A DNA stretch of 32,000 bases from an uncultured Thermoleophilia bacterium. GTDB lineage: Bacteria; Actinomycetota; Thermoleophilia; Miltoncostaeales; Miltoncostaeaceae. The position numbers and the translations under genes are program-made. The stretch covers positions 148,902-180,901 of the forward strand of contig CAWATR010000015.1 of assembly GCA_963784985.1 (NCBI GenBank), written 5' to 3'. Below, one piece after another: positions 1-13,720 of the stretch; positions within the stretch are counted from its first letter, which is position 1; every line of letters begins with the position of its first letter. Below the pieces are notes generated by a model. That model did no database searches. It saw only the letters and a list, made by a program, of their open reading frames with translations, and was not told the origin of the DNA.

Positions 1-34
1 CCTCGTCAGCGTGGACGGCGGCCTGTCCCTGTGA
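1..34 (+). CDS. 3' end of an upstream gene, short-chain dehydrogenase/3-oxoacyl-ACP-reductase-like C-terminus (partial)
   Basis: Positions 2-31 read ...LVSVDGGLSL followed by TGA at 32-34. A 'VDGG' tail is typical of SDR enzymes. The stop overlaps the next gene's GTG (GTGA, 31-34). Only 10 codons are visible. Confidence 0.3.
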   Translation, partial: LVSVDGGLSL

Positions 35-1288
35 CCCCGCGTGAATTGCGAGAGCGGGTGGTCATCACCGGCATCGGTCTGGTCTCACCGCTCGGGATCG
101 GGCGCGACCGACGCCTGGGCGGCGGCGCTGGCCGGACGCTCCGGTGCCGGGCCGGTCACGCGCTTCGACGCATCCGGCCACGGGGCGCAGATCGCGTTCG
201 AGGTGAAGGGCTTCGACCCGCTGACCTACATCGACCGCCGCGCCGCACGCCGGATGGATCGCTCCTCGCACTTGGCCGTCGCGGCGGCCGCGCTGGCGAT
301 CGAGGACGCGGGCCTGGTGATCCCGCCGGACGCCGAGCGCTACGGCGCGGTGATCTCGACGGGCAACGGCGGGAACGCGACCTACGAGGACGCGCACCGC
401 ACGCTGCTCGAGCGCGGCCCGGACCGGATCTCGCCGGTGGCCCTGCCGATGATCATCTGCAACATGGCGGCCGGGCACGTGTCGATCGCCTATGGGCTCA
501 AGGGCCCGTTGTCGTGCGTGCTCACCGCGTGTGCCAGCAGCCTGCACGCCCTCGGCGAGGCTGCGGACATCATCCGACGCGGCGCTGCGGACGTGATGCT
601 CGCCGGCGGGTCGGAGGCCGCGATCACGCCCTACGCGATGGCGGCACTCGACGCATCCCGCGCGATGTCGCACCGCAACGACGATCCGGTCGGCGCCAGC
701 CGGCCCTTCGATGCCGAACGCGACGGGTTCGTGCTCGGCGAAGCCGGGGCGATCCTCGTGCTCGAGCGCATGGACCTCGCGCTCGAGCGGGGTGCGACGA
801 TCGTCGCCGAGCTCGCCGGCTACGGAGCGACCTCCGACGCGCACCACATCACCGAGCCGCACCCCGACGGCTGCGAGCAGGCGCAGGCGATCCGCCGGGC
901 GCTGGCCTCGGGCGACATCGATCCCGCCTCGGTCGATCACGTCAACGCGCATGCGACGTCCACCCTCGCCGGCGACGCCTCGGAGGTGCAGGGCATCATC
1001 ACGGCGCTCGGCGCGCCGCACGCGGAGCGCATCGCCGTGAGCGCGACCAAGTCCATGCACGGCCACTGCCTCGGCGCCACTGGTGCCCTCGAGGCGGCGC
1101 TGACCGCGCTCGCGGTGGCCGACCAGGCCGTGCCGCCCACGATCAACCTCGACCACCTCGACCCGGCCTGCGTCGGCGTCGACCACGTGCGCACGGCGCG
1201 CAACCAGGTCATCCGCACGGCGCTCTGCTCCGGGTTCGGGTTCGGCGGGCACAACGCGGTGCTGGCGATCTGCAAGGTGGATGCATGA
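31..1288 (+). CDS. beta-ketoacyl-ACP synthase (KAS I/II, FabF/KasA-like), copy 1; one frame break as sequenced
   Basis: GTG at 31 gives 'RVVITGIGLVSPLGIG' in the 31..1968 frame. The rest is in ORF 41..1288: 'WAAALAGRSG..TRFD', nucleophile motif 'LTACASSLHALG', 'DAHHITEP', 'VNAHATST', 'KSMHGHCLGATG', 'GFGFGGHNAVL'. A +1 frame change is needed near 100-112. Confidence 0.9.
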
Positions 1289-2540
1289 GCCCGCGACGGC
1301 GCGTGGTGGTCACGGGCGTCGGCGTCGTCTGCGCACTCGGCGTCGGCCGGGAGGACGTCTGGCGCAACGCGATCGCCGGGACGCCGTGCGGAGCGCCGAT
1401 CACCGGCATCGAGATCGGCGACGCGCCGGTCCGCATGGCCTGCCAGGCACGCGAGTTCGTCGTCGAGGATTTCGTCGAGCGGCGGCTCGCGCGCCGCGCG
1501 GATCGCACAACCCACTTCGCGCTCGCTGCCGGCCGGCTCGCGCTTGCCGATGCCCGCCTGACGATCGCCGACGACGGCCGCAACACCGGCTGCATCCTCG
1601 GCACGGGTACGGGCGGCAACCACGTCCGCGACGAGAACCACACGGTCATGCTCGAACGTGGCGTGGACCGCATCTCGCCCTTCGCCATCCCCTACAGCAT
1701 GTGCAATCACCCGCCGGCGGAAGTCGCGATGCAGTTGGGCCTGCGCGGCCCGACCATGGCGATGGTTACGGCGTGCGCGGCGGGAGCCGACGCCATCGGG
1801 ACGTCCACCGCGGTGATCCGGCGCGGGGACGCCGAGGCGATGCTCGCCGGCGGGACCGACGCGATGATCACCCGGCTGTGGATCGCCGGCTTCGACGCGA
1901 TGCGGGTGCTCTCCCGTCAACGAGGACGACCCCGCCGGCGCCGTGCGGCCCTTCGACGTCGCGCGTGACGGCTTCCTGATCGGCGAGGGCTGCGGCGATC
2001 CTGGTGCTCGAGGAACTCGGGCACGCGACGGCCCGCGGGGCGACGATCATCTGCGAGATCGCGGGATACGGCGCCAGCGCGGACGCGCACCACATCACGG
2101 ACCCCGATCCGACCGGCCAGAGCCAGGCGCGGGCCATGCGGGCCGCGATCGCCGAGGCCGGCGTCGAGCCCGGGGACATCGGGTACATCAACGCGCACGG
2201 CGGCGCCAGCCGACCCGGCGACCCGTCCGAAGTCGCCGCGATGCGCCACGTCCTCGGCGATGCCCACGCGGCACGTACCGCCGTGTCGGCGACCAAGGCC
2301 ATGCACGGGCACTGCATGGGCGCGACCGGGGCGCTCGAGGCGACCCTCACCGCACTGGCGGTGTCCGAGGGCCGCATCCCGCCGACGATCAACTTGCGCG
2401 ATCTCGATCCCGAGTGTGCGGGCGTCGACCACGTCGTCGACGCGGCGCGCGAGGCGCGCCTGAGCGCAGCGCTGTCGACCAACAACGGGCTGGGCGGCCA
2501 CAACGCCGCGTTGGTGTTCGTGCCGTGGGAGGGCCGATGA
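1285..2540 (+). CDS. beta-ketoacyl-ACP synthase family protein, copy 2 (Cys-His-His retained); two frame breaks as sequenced
   Basis: The ATG overlaps the KS1 stop (ATGA, 1285-1288). It reads 'RRVVVTGVGVVCALGVG', 'MVTACAAGADAIG', then switches frame near 1915-1921 ('NEDDPAGAVRPFDVARDGFLIGEG'). It switches again near 1995-2000 into ORF 2004..2540 ('ADAHHITDPDP', 'INAHGGASRPGD', 'KAMHGHCMGATG', 'GLGGHNAALVF'). Confidence 0.88.
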
Positions 2541-2734
2541 GCCGCAGTCCGGAACGCAAGCTGACCCCGCGCGCCGAGAAGTCCATCCGGCTGACGCTCG
2601 CCAGCGCCCTGAGTGCGATCCCCGGGCTGCTGGGCATCGCCACGGGCACGGTCTGGCTGGGCTATGTCGCCTTCGCCATCATCCTCGCCGCCATCCTGCT
2701 CGGCCCCGTCTCGGAACGCCACTTCACCCGCTAG
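2537..2734 (+). CDS. small (65 aa) two-helix membrane protein, translationally coupled to KS2
   Basis: The ATG overlaps the KS2 stop (ATGA, 2537-2540). The hydrophobic stretch 'LTLASALSAIPGLLGIATGTVWLGYVAFAIILAAILLGPV' follows a basic N-terminus. Codon third positions are strongly G/C, as in neighbouring genes. I recognise no family. Confidence 0.5.
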   Translation: MSRSPERKLTPRAEKSIRLTLASALSAIPGLLGIATGTVWLGYVAFAIILAAILLGPVSERHFTR

Positions 2735-3156
2735 GCCTCCCCGGCGGCGACCTGCGGCACCGCCACCGGCCGCTCATCCGGGCCGATCGCCACGAACACG
2801 AAGCGTCCCGTCCCGCACAGGCGCCGCTCGCCGGTGAGCAGGACCTCGGCGACCATGGTGACCTCGATCGACATCGACGTCCGCCCGGTCGCGGTCACGA
2901 CCGCCTGCACCTCGACGATCTCGCCGATGTGGACCGGGGCGACGTAGTCGACCTCGTCGACGCCAACGGTGACCACCGTCTGACGGGAATGTCGCGTCGC
3001 GGCGACGAACGCGGCCCGGTCCATCATGCTCAGTGCCACCCCGCCGAACAGCGTTCCGCGATGGTTGAGCTGCTCGGGCAGCACGATGTCGGTCATGCGC
3101 GTCACCGCCGGGGCGGCAAGGGCGTCGGCGAACGGGTCGACGGTGGCGTCGGTCAT
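2731..3156 (-). CDS. acyl-CoA thioesterase, hotdog fold (4HBT/YciA-like), 141 aa, intact
   Basis: This is the C-terminal part of minus ORF 2731..3993, starting at the ATG at 3156. It reads 'LPEQLNHRGTLFGGVALSMMDRAAF...VTVGVDEVDYVAPVHIGEIVEVQAVVTATGRTSMSIEV', typical of acyl-CoA hydrolases. The ATG overlaps the tag stop (ATGA, 3153-3156). Confidence 0.8.
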   Translation of the reverse strand: MTDATVDPFADALAAPAVTRMTDIVLPEQLNHRGTLFGGVALSMMDRAAFVAATRHSRQTVVTVGVDEVDYVAPVHIGEIVEVQAVVTATGRTSMSIEVTMVAEVLLTGERRLCGTGRFVFVAIGPDERPVAVPQVAAGEA

Positions 3157-3720
3157 GCCAGGTCCTTCGCGGTCGGTTGCGGTGCCCCGTGGCGCCAGGG
3201 CGGCCCGAGCGCGTCGATGCGCGCGTAGGCGGGGCAGTCGGGGGCATGCGCACCCGGCAGGTAGCCGAGCGACGTCAGGAACTCCCTGGTGATCTCGGGC
3301 CCGGTGAACCGGAACGTCCGTCGGAACAGCCGCACCCATTCGTCCTGGGTCGAGCGGGTGCTGGGCATCCAGCCACGCGGCGACGCTGCCGTGGCTGGCG
3401 ATCATCTCGCACATGACGCCCGCGTTCGCGATGATGGCCTCGATCTTGCGGCGATTGCGGATGACCCGGGGGTCGGTCACCAGGCGTGCGCAGCCCGACT
3501 CGCCGAGGGCGGCCACGTGCGCCGGCGCGAAGCCCCCGAAGGCGTCGCGAATGCCGTCGCGCCGGCGCAACACGATCTCCCACGAGAGCCCGGCCTGAAA
3601 GATCTCGAGCGCGAGCCGCTCGCACAGCACCTCGTCGTCGCGGCTCGGCACGCCGTACTCGAACTCGTGGTAGTCGTGGTGCACCGGATGCCCGGGCGCG
3701 ATCGCGCAGTACGCGCTCAT
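3153..3720 (-). CDS. tag: DNA-3-methyladenine glycosylase I; one frame break as sequenced
   Basis: From the ATG at 3720: '[45 protein letters not shown]', '[18 protein letters not shown]'. The C-terminus continues in ORF 3153..3368 ('[37 protein letters not shown]'). A +1 change is needed around 3343-3370. Confidence 0.85.
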
Positions 3721-3792
3721 CGCCGGACGCCGGCCGGCCGCATTGTCACCTGTCGGCCCTCCCAGAGGTCCCGCAGGATACGCTAGGACACT

Positions 3793-7517
<3,725 letters not shown>

Positions 7518-7521
<4 letters not shown>

Positions 7522-8057
7522 TCGGTCGTGAACTGCTCCTTGGCGAACACGAGCCGCGCACGGTAGGCGCACTCGTACAGCGCCCGGAGCTTCTGCTCGG
7601 CGCGTGCGACCGACAGCCGCTCGAGTCCGGGGCTGGCGACGACCCACAACCCCGACGGGGGCACGTCGCGCGCCGCCTCGACGATCACCCGGGCGGCGAC
7701 GTTCGGATCCTCGACCTCGGGATCGGCCCCGTCGACGACGACGACCATCGCCTCGTCCGGTCCGAAGCGGTAGACGCCGGCGGGCGCCGGGCCGGCCGTC
7801 TCGATGATGCGGGCCCCCGCGGCCGCGAGCGCCTGCGGGTCGGCGGGGTCGGTGGCCTTGACGGTGCGGTACGGGGCGGCCGCCACGGCGGCCGCGTACG
7901 TCGCGGGCGTGTCGTGGAGCGCGCCGGATGCGACGACGTCGACGCCGATCGCCACCAGCCTCGGCGACCAGTCGGGCGGTCCGGGCAATCCGCCGAGGGC
8001 GATCGTCGCAAGCGCCGGGAGCTGGACGTGGAGGCGTTCGAGTTCGTGGCGCCGCAT
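7518..8057 (-). CDS. unassigned protein (~179 aa), intact frame
   Basis: Minus ORF 7518..8198. I prefer the internal ATG at 8057 ('[23 protein letters not shown]...[28 protein letters not shown]...[23 protein letters not shown]') because the upstream 47 codons are Arg/Ala/Pro-rich filler. The composition is protein-like but I recognise no family. The stop overlaps the metH stop. Confidence 0.45.
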
Positions 8058-8269
8058 CGGCAGGCATGCTGCCAGATCCGGGGCGCCCGCGGCGTGCCGA
8101 CGGGCCGGCGCAGCCGGTGCGCGCGAACCCCCGGGGCGTACCGGATATGAACGGGGCCAAGTCCGGCCGAAATCGACGGCTGCGAGCGGTATCCTCACGC
8201 CCTACCGGTTGCGGGCCAATTCCGCAATCAGGCAAACTGTCGTGTTCTGACACCTATCACGGAGGGCAC

Positions 8270-9841
8270 ATGGCAACTGAGGTCGGTGAACGCGCAGTCG
8301 CGCTGCTCGAGGCGAATGGTCTGGCCCCAACGGGAACAGGTGTTCTGGGACCTGTCGACTGAGGTCCTGTACGAACACGCGATCACGAACGGGTCGGCCC
8401 GTCTGGCGCATGGCGGTGCGCTCGCCGTGACCACCGGTGTCCACACCGGCCGGGCGCCCAAGGACAAGTTCATTGTCAAGGAGCCCGGGAGCGAGGCCCG
8501 CGTGGGCTGGGGGGCCGATCAACCAGTCCATCGACCCCGAGCACGCCGCCAAGCTCGGCGCGGACCTGCGCGCGCACCTCAACGCCGCGCCGCAGCTGTA
8601 CGTGCTCAACGCCCGTGTGGGATCGGACCCGACGCACGGCATCATCCTCCGGCTGGTGACCGAGAGCGCCTGGCACGCCCTGTTCACCAAGAGCCTGTTC
8701 ATCGACCTCACCGACGAGGAGCGCGCCAGCCGCTCGACGCCGGACGGCATCATCCTCCACGCGCCGAGCTTCAGCGCCGACCCCGCCGTCCACAAGACCC
8801 GCCAGGGCAACTTCGTGGTGATGAACCTCTCCGAAAGCGAGATCCTGATCGGCGGCACCGCAGTACGCCGGCGAGATCAAGAAGTCGGCGTTCACGCTGA
8901 TGAACGACCGCCTGCCGCTCGAGGGCGTCCTGCCGATGCACTGCTCGGCCAACGTCGGCCCCAAGGGCGACGTCGCGGTGTTCTTCGGCCTGTCGGGGAC
9001 CGGCAAGACGACGCTCTCGACCGACGCGACCCGCCCGCTCATCGGCGACGACGAGCACGGCTGGTCGGACGAGGGCGTCTTCAACTTCGAAGGCGGCTGC
9101 TACGCGAAGGTGATCGGGCTGTCCGCCGAGGCCGAGCCGGAGATCTACGCGACCACGCGCATGTTCGGCACCGTGCTGGAGAACGTCGTCCTGGACCCGG
9201 ACACCCGGATCATCGACCTCGACGACGACTCGCTGACCGAGAACACCCGCGGCGCCTACCCGCTGGAGTCCGTGCCGAACGCGGTGCCCGAGAAGCGCGC
9301 CGGCCAGCCGACGAACATCGTCATGCTGACCTGTGACGCGTTCGGCGTGCTGCCGCCGATCGCCAAACTGTCGCCCACGCAGGCGATGCAGATGTTCCTG
9401 GCCGGCTACACCGCCAAGGTCGCCGGCACCGAGATCGGCGTCACCGAGCCGCAGGCGACCTTCAGCTCGTGCTTCGGTGCCCCGTTCCTGCCGCAACCGC
9501 CGAAGGTCTACGCGGCGCTGCTCAAGGACCGCATCGAGCGGTACGGGGTCAACGTCTGGCTGATCAACACCGGCTGGACCGGTGGGGGCGCCGGCGTCGG
9601 CAGCCGCATGCCGATCAAGGTGAGCCGCGCCGTCGTGCGCGGCGCGGTGTCGGGCGAGCTCGCCGGCGCCGAGACCCGCACCGACCCGATCTTCGGGTTC
9701 GAGGTGCCGGTCGCCGTCGAGGGCGTCGAGCCGTCGCTGCTGGACCCCAAGAGCACCTGGCCGGACCCGGCCGCCTACGACGAAACGGCCACGCAGCTTG
9801 CCGCCGACATCGTGTCCCACGCCGAGACGGCCGGCCAGTAG
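8270..9841 (+). CDS. pckA: phosphoenolpyruvate carboxykinase (ATP-dependent type); three frame breaks as sequenced
   Basis: GGAGG at 8261-8265 precedes the ATG at 8270. It reads '[14 protein letters not shown]', '[18 protein letters not shown]', '[14 protein letters not shown]', P-loop '[13 protein letters not shown]', 'IGDDEHGW', '[10 protein letters not shown]', 'NTGWTGG'. +1 changes are near 8325-8340, 8509-8514 (a run of six G) and 8860-8866. Confidence 0.93.
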
Positions 9842-9851
9842 CACCCGGACC

Positions 9852-9889
9852 GATCGGCCGGGGTCCGCGCACGCGCACTCCGGCCGATC
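9852..9889. terminator. candidate bidirectional hairpin between convergent pckA and the enoyl-CoA hydratase gene
   Basis: GATCGGCCGG (9852-9861) pairs with CCGGCCGATC (9880-9889), a 10-bp perfect stem with an 18-nt loop inside the 54-bp convergent spacer. There is no T-tract. Confidence 0.3.
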
Positions 9890-9895
9890 AGCCGT

Positions 9896-10721
9896 TCAGT
9901 CTGCCGGCGGCGGGCCCACGGGGTCGGCTGGCTCCGCCCAGCGCGGCGCGCGGCGCTCCCGGAACGCCGCCAGCCCCTCGGTGAACTGCTCGGAGGCGTA
10001 TGCCTCCAGGCGGATCCGCTCGATCGTCGCGGCGTCCTGCGGCGCCGGCGCGCCGGCCAGCAGGCTGATCGCCGCACGGGTGCCGGCGACGGCGGTTGGC
10101 GCCGCCTGCACGATGTCGGAGACGGTCTCGCCGATCGCCGCGGCAAGGTCGGCGGCGGGGACGACGCGATCCACAAGGCCGATCTGCTGCGCCCGTGCGG
10201 CCGAGACGGGCCGTCCGGTCAGAAACAGCTCGCGGGTCCGCGCCGGCCCCATGATCGCCAGGAAGCGCGCGAGCCCCTCCGGCGAGTAGACGACGCCGAG
10301 GCGGGCGGCCGGCATCCCGAGCGTGGCGCTGTCGGCGGCGATCCGCCAGTCGCAGGCGACCGCGAGCTCCAGCGCACCGCCGAACGCGGCCCCGTTGACG
10401 GCGGCGACGACCGGACACGGGCAGGCGGCGATGGCAGCCGTCGCGGCGCGCAGCAGCTCCTCGCCCCGGACGAGCCGTTCGGCGAGCACCGGACCCTCGA
10501 GGTCCGCCAGATCGAGCCCGGCCGAGAAGTGGCGCTCACCCGACCCCGTGAGCACGATCACGCGCAGTTCGCGGACGCGGCCGCTGCGTGTGCCGGACGA
10601 TCGCGGCGAGCATCTCGTCGGTGACCGCGTTGGCGCGCTCCGGATTGTGGATCCGGATGACGATCGCCCGGGCATCCTCCTCGACGAGCAGCCCGGGCGC
10701 GGAAGGGATCTGGGGTGGCAT
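9896..10721 (-). CDS. enoyl-CoA hydratase/isomerase (crotonase) family protein; one frame break as sequenced
   Basis: ATG at 10721, preceded by GAGGA. 'LLVEEDARAIVIRIHNPERANAVTDEML' is in ORF 10536..10931. The rest is in ORF 9896..10675: 'LRVIVLTGSGERHFSAGLDL', 'PVVAAVNGAAFGGALELAVACDWRIA', 'ARELFLTGRPVSAARAQQIGLV'. A +1 change is near 10585-10597. Confidence 0.85.
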
Positions 10722-10881
10722 CAGTCCTCGTGACGGGGCGCGTGTGACCTCGTCATCGTCACGACCAGGTGGCACCAGCCTACAGGCGCCCCCGCGCGGC
10801 GAACCGGCCCCGGTGCGCGGTGCCCTGCCGGGGCGACATCCGGCGCCGGCGCCGTCGGGTCCCGACGTGAGGCGGCGCCGA

Positions 10882-11830
10882 TCAGCCGCCGAGCGACGCG
10901 TCGGCGAGCACCCGCTCGACGACGTCGTCAAGCGAAAGCCCCGCCGCCAGCGCCGCCTTGGGCAACAGGCTCGTGTCGGTCATCCCCGGGATCGGGTTGA
11001 TCTCGAGCACCCAGATGCGCTCGTCGTCGTCGATGAGCATGTCGACCCGACCAAAGCCACGGCAGCCCATCGCCGCGTAGCAGGCCAGCGCCGTGCGCGC
11101 GACCTCGCCGGCCAGCTCCGAGCCGAGGTCGGCCGGCGCGACGAGCTCGGTCATCCCGGGCGTGTACCGCGCCTCGAAATCGTAGAACTCCCCGCTGAGC
11201 ATGGCCTCGACGGCCGGCAGGGCCTCGGGCTCCTCGGTGCCGAGCACCGAGACCGCGATCTCGCGGCCGCGCACGAACCGCTCGATCAGCACGTGATCGT
11301 CGAAACTCAGGGCCGTCATCAGCGCGCGCGGGACGTCGTTCGGTTCGCGCGCGACCGAGATGCCGAGCGCAGATCCCTGCTTGGCGGGCTTGACGACCAG
11401 CGGCAGCCCGAGCCGTGCCTCGATCTCCATCAGGGCATCGGCCGCGCCGAGTTCCCTGAACGCACTCTCGCCGAAGGCGAACGCCGGCGGTGTCGCAATC
11501 CCGGCGTTGGCGAACACCGCCTTGGCGATCACCTTGTCCATCGCCCGCGCGCACGCCTGCACGCCCGAGCCGGTGTAGGGGATGTCGAGGATCTCCAGGA
11601 GCTCCTGGACGGTGCCGTCTTCGCCGCCCTTGCCGTGCATGGCCACGAACACCACATCGGGGCGCTCGGCACGCAAGGTGCGGACCAGGCTCGGGTCCGC
11701 ATCGACGGGGATCACCTCGTGCCCGAGGCGCCGCAGGGCGGCCTCGACGTTGGCACCGGAGCGCAGGCTGACCTCCCGCTCCATCGAGCGGCCGCCCTTG
11801 AGGACCGCAACGCGCCGTTGCGCCGCTCAC
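10882..11830 (-). CDS. ddl: D-alanine--D-alanine ligase; inferred frame break in the first ~5 codons
   Basis: ORF 10882..11784 reads 'EREVSLRSG', 'DVVFVAMHGKGGEDGTVQELLEILDIPYTGSG', 'PLVVKPAKQGSALGI', 'GRVDMLIDD..IWVLEINPIPGMT'. The conserved 'RRVAVLKGGRS' lies in-frame upstream of the first ATG but has no start codon. A GTG at 11830 overlapping the upstream stop (GTGA) fits if one base near 11817-11819 is extra. Confidence 0.9.
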
Positions 11831-13117
11831 CGGCCCCCGCCGAGCGCCCGCTGCAGGTCGATCATCGCCTCGATCGCCGCGCCGATCCGCGCGACGCCCT
11901 CGGCAAGGACGTCCTCGCGTGCTCCCGAGAAGTTCAAGCGCATGCTGTTGCGCCCCTGGCCATCGAGGAAGGCCGCTTCGCCGGGCACGAACGCGACCTG
12001 GTGGCGCTCGATGGCACGCGCGAGCAGCTCGCCGGTGTCGATGTACTCGGGCAGCGTCGCCCACACGAACAACCCGCCCTCGGGTCGCGTCCAGGTCGCC
12101 TCGCTGCGGGAAGTGCTGGTCGAGCGCCGCGAGCATCGCATCGCGCCGGCTGCGGTAGATCCCGTTCAGCCGCGCGACGTGATCACGCCAGTCGACCCGG
12201 CGCAGATACTCAACGATGAACCGCTGGCTCATGGTCGAACTGCACAGGTCGACGGCCTGCTTGCCGAGGTTCATCTTGCGCAGGATCGGCGCGGGCGCGG
12301 CGACCCACCCGATCCGCATGCCCGGCGCGAGGATCTTGGAGAACGTCGACAAATAGATCACTCCGCCCGCGCCGCCGTCGAGCTCCCACAGACTCGGCAG
12401 CGACTCGCCCTCGTAGCGCACGGGCCCGTACGGGTTGTCCTCGACGATCAGCACGTCGCGATCGGCGGCGAGCGCGACCAGGCGCTCACGCCGGTGGCGG
12501 GCCATGGTCACGCCGCCGGGGTTGTGGAAGTTCGGGATCGTGTAGATCAGCTTCGGCTTCTGCCCCTGGGCCGCCAGGCGATCCAGCTGCTCCTCGAGCA
12601 GGTCGATCGACATCCCGTGGGCGTCGAGCGGGATGTGGATCACCCGCGCCTGGTAGGTCGTCAGCGTCGGCACGGCCCCGGGGTAGGTGGGGCCTTCGGC
12701 GATCACGATGTCGCCGGGATCGATGAAGGTCCGCAGCGCGAGTGCGATCGCCTGCTGTCCGCCCGCCGTGACCAGGACGCCGTCGGGCTGGGCGGGCATC
12801 CGGTCCTCGGCCATGAGCCGGCAGATCGCCTGGCGCAGCTCGAGCAGACCCTCGGTCGGCCCGTACTGCAGCGAGGATGCCCGGTGGTCGTTGGCGACCG
12901 CGCGCCAGACCTCCTCGTAGACCTCGGCCGGGAAGGAGTCGGTGTCCGGGAAGCCGCCGGCCAGCGAGATGATCTCGGGCCGCTCGGAGAGCGACATGAG
13001 ATCGCGCATCGCCGACGACTTGATCCCCATCGCGCGCGCAGCGAAACGGTCCTCGAAGCGCGACGGGTCCCGCGGGACGGTGCGATCGGCCGTGGATGCT
13101 CCCTTGATGTCGTTCAT
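11827..13117 (-). CDS. PLP-dependent aminotransferase, class I/II (ARO8/LysN-like); one frame break as sequenced
   Basis: From the ATG at 13117: 'MRDLMSLSERPEIISLAGGFPD', 'LQYGPTEGLLELRQ', 'IYTIPNFHNPGG', 'STFSKILAPGMRIGW' (PLP lysine context). The C-terminus is in ORF 11827..12141 ('TWTRPEGGLFVWATLPE', 'AFVPGEAAF', 'MRLNFS'). A +1 change is near 12100-12108. Confidence 0.85.
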
Positions 13118-13201
13118 CGCGGCCCCATAGGCGTCCTACAACCGTACGCGGTGCAGGGAAGGTCTGCCCGGCGGCCCGGTCGCATACCCGCAGTGGGTGC
13201 C

Positions 13202-13210
13202 TGATAAGTT
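13202..13210 (+). promoter_or_regulatory. candidate extended -10 element (TGATAAGTT) upstream of the GtrA-like gene
   Basis: This is the only AT-rich patch in the 96-bp divergent spacer. TGnTAAGTT matches the TGnTAnnnT form and ends 3 nt before the ATG at 13214 and 9 nt before a second in-frame ATG at 13220. The call rests on pattern match only. Confidence 0.25.
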
Positions 13211-13213
13211 TGC

Positions 13214-13685
13214 ATGACCATGGTCAGCGGCCAAGCCCCGGAGACTCTTGCGCAACCGACGAGTCCCCGCCCGTATGCGCTGAGGATCTCACGTATCCGC
13301 CACGCCGATCGCTCGGCGTGGATCCAACTCCTGAAGTTCTGCATCGTCGGAGCCTCGGGCTACGTCGTCAACCTCGTCGTCTACTACGCGCTGATCCACG
13401 ATGGCCGGCGCGCAGTACCTGGTCGCATCGGTCGTCGCGTTCCTGGTCGCCTGGTTGAACAACTTCGTCCTCAACCGCCAGTGGACCTTCCCGAAGGTCG
13501 GCACGTCACCGGTCAGGCAGGCCGCCAAGTACCTGATCGTGAGCGTCATCGGCCTGGTGGTGAACCTCGGCATCCTCTGGGCGCTCGTGCATGCCGGGAC
13601 CGACACGTTACTGGCGCAGGCGATCGCGATCGCCGCCGTGACGCCGCTGACGTTCGTGTTGACCCGGAGTTGGGCGTTCCGCTAG
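13214..13685 (+). CDS. GtrA-family membrane protein; one frame break as sequenced
   Basis: 'LLKFCIVGASGYVVNLVVYYALIH' is in the 13214 frame. ORF 13401..13685 then reads 'AGAQYLVASVVAFLVAWLNNFVLNRQWTF...' with four hydrophobic helices. 'NF..NR.WTF' is the GtrA signature. A +1 change is near 13399. Confidence 0.8.
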
Positions 13686-13720
13686 GCACAGGCGGGTGGG
13701 GCCGACCGGCCGCAATTGCC

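Noticed and set aside
31-2540. The KS pair could be a type II polyketide KS-alpha / chain-length-factor pair.
   Set aside because: The second copy keeps the nucleophilic Cys ('TACAAG') and both His motifs, whereas chain-length factors replace the Cys (typically with Gln). No cyclase, aromatase or ACP gene is visible.
3721-3792. There could be a cobalamin or SAM riboswitch in front of metH.
   Set aside because: Only about 72 bp separate the divergent tag start (3720) from the metH ATG (3793), which is too short for either aptamer. I see no conserved B12-box-like sequence. B12 riboswitches typically control metE rather than metH.
8209-8227. An inverted repeat TTGCGG-n7-CCGCAA lies upstream of pckA and could be an operator.
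   Set aside because: The arms are only 6 bp, which has high chance expectation in GC-rich DNA. I found no supporting second site or adjacent regulator.
13215-13226. A perfect 12-bp palindrome TGACCATGGTCA overlaps the GtrA-like start codon.
   Set aside because: Several perfect 12-mers of this kind are expected by chance in 32 kb. It is fully explained by the coding sequence ATG ACC ATG GTC AGC, and I saw no second copy.
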